Positions 36,311 to 37,876 of a DNA stretch of 37,876 nt are shown in pieces. Each line of letters starts with the position of its first letter. Within the stretch, counting starts at the first letter, position 1. The position numbers were made by a program, and so were the translations under genes. The DNA comes from Octopus sinensis. Lineage: Eukaryota. The notes under the pieces were generated by a model, which saw only the letters and a list, made by a program, of their open reading frames with translations, did no database searches and was not told the origin of the DNA. The stretch covers positions 1 to 37,876 of the forward strand of contig NW_021836827.1 of the NCBI RefSeq assembly GCF_006345805.1, written 5' to 3'.

Positions 36311-37104
36311 TCATGGAACCCCAAAAAGATCTGAGCGTTACTCCTAAGAGATGTCTCTTGTCAGCTAACGATATGGCGTTCTATAATGTAATGATAGAAA
36401 GTCTGACGCAGAAAATTGCGGAGTTTGATGTGGTGATAGAAAGTCTGAGAACGAGGCCAATTTTAGGTACATATCTTTGTTTGTTTGTTTTTTGTGTGTG
36501 TTTTACTTAGGGTGTTGTTGTCGACGTTGTTGTTTGCCCTGACTGATCGTAGTTTTGCACAAAGGCATTCCAATTATAGCCTACTAATTTTTTTTTATTC
36601 CAACATTAGCAACCATGTCCTACACTGTGTAAAATAAGAGTGTGTGATTGGAAAGAGATTTCGCAGCTATTTCCAGGTGTTTGATGGAAAACATTATAAA
36701 CATATCTGCGTCACAAGCCAATGCTTACTGATTGAGTAAAGCTATGATCAGAGGACATCCAGTCGTCATCTTCCCATCCATTTTGTTATATAGCATCGTC
36801 TCCGTTCTCTAGGTGAGCGGGGTTTTCCCTGAATTCAATTGCTTAAGTACACATGCAACCAAAAACCCATAGAACACTTGTATAGGACACTAAATACATG
36901 CTTCCAACTCCTCAGAACTGAATGCTTCGTCACCTTCCCATCCCCGCAGGACTTTCGAATGAAAAAATAAGTTGTACAGTTAAAGAGTATAGAGCTTAAA
37001 TTAAAAAGATAATATTAAACAAGAATATCCAAGCAAAATAGTCGGCAATGCCTGTACACAATGTCCGTACACAAATTTACAAATTGCTTTGCAGCCTTTC
37101 TGTC

Positions 37105-37451
37105 GGCTATTCGCGTTCTGAGTTCCTTTCCCACTGAAGTCCCCTTTGCCTTTCATTTCTCAGAGGTGCTGAAGTCCAATTAGCCGACTGACCACTTCCC
37201 CCACAATAACACAACCACTGGCATTCTACCTAAGCCAGAGACAACATTATATGAGCGGCAATCTAGGATTTCAGGACAAAGAATTGCTACGCGGTGTCAT
37301 ATGTAATCATGTATGGTTATATAAAGATGCATCAGGATATATACATACACAAACACGCACAAATATATGTGCGTGTATGTGTGTGTGTGTGTAAGTGTAT
37401 CTGTGTGTGCTTGTGTATGTGAATGCGTGCAATTATGTACGTTTGTGTATA

Positions 37452-37460
<9 letters not shown>
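37105..37460 (+). repeat. Paralog of 18768-19070 / 24345-24650
   Basis: cacaaccactggcattctacctaa...gaattgctacgcggtgtcatatgtaat...taaagatgcatcaggatat. Confidence 0.9.
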
Positions 37461-37518
<58 letters not shown>

Positions 37519-37536
37519 ATATATATAGATATATAG

Positions 37537-37569
<33 letters not shown>

Positions 37570-37571
37570 CA

Positions 37572-37740
37572 TAGGCTTAGGAGTGTCTGTGTGGTAAGTA
37601 GCTTGTTTACCAATCACATGGTTCCGAGTTCAGTCCCACAGCGTGTTACTTTAGGCAAGTGTCTTCTACTATAGCCTCGGGTCGACCAAAGCCCTGGAAG
37701 TGGATTTGGCAGACAGAAACTGAAAGAAGCCCGTTGTATA
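37572..37740 (+). mobile_element. tRNA-derived SINE head (octopus OK/OR-like)
   Basis: ggagtgtctgtgtggtaag...gagttcagtccc...ggcaagtgtcttctactatagcctcgg. Confidence 0.9.
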
Positions 37741-37876
37741 TGTATATATATATATATGTGTGTGTGTTTGTCTATATGTTTGTATATGATATTTTATTGG
37801 TCAGTTTTGCCGATCCGCTATGTTAAGGGGTGTGTTATGGTTGCTTGGAACCAAATGCTCACCGAAAAATGATCGT

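Noticed and set aside
37572-37650. tRNA genes
   Set aside because: A- and B-box-like sequences are SINE heads continuing into SINE bodies; no intact cloverleaf.

Overview
Eukaryotic, AT-rich, microsatellite-saturated DNA. The SINE families recalled here point to a cephalopod, most likely Octopus; this is recognition, not a database result. Only one host coding exon is convincing: a minus-strand signal-peptide plus LRR N-terminal-cap exon at 3136-3346. The rest is intronic or intergenic and dominated by mobile DNA: R4/Dong-type LINEs sitting in (ATT)n tracts, three copies of a ~550-nt ATT-flanked non-coding element, a decayed zinc-knuckle LINE ORF1, an internally deleted mariner, a Charlie/SPIN-type hAT split by an 840-nt TG..CA solo-LTR-like insert, a full-length IR/DR Tc1 (DD34E) and many tRNA-derived SINEs. 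Positions ~12.4-26.6 kb are a hierarchical tandem duplication (~2.3-kb units, ~5.5-kb higher-order repeat) with older paralogs at 35.7-37.9 kb. The most notable signals are three ~200-nt TA-repeat-inserted elements carrying minimal hammerhead-ribozyme folds with non-canonical cores, and a 21-pair G:U-rich hairpin at the end of the solo LTR. Most ORFs in the supplied track are microsatellite artefacts.
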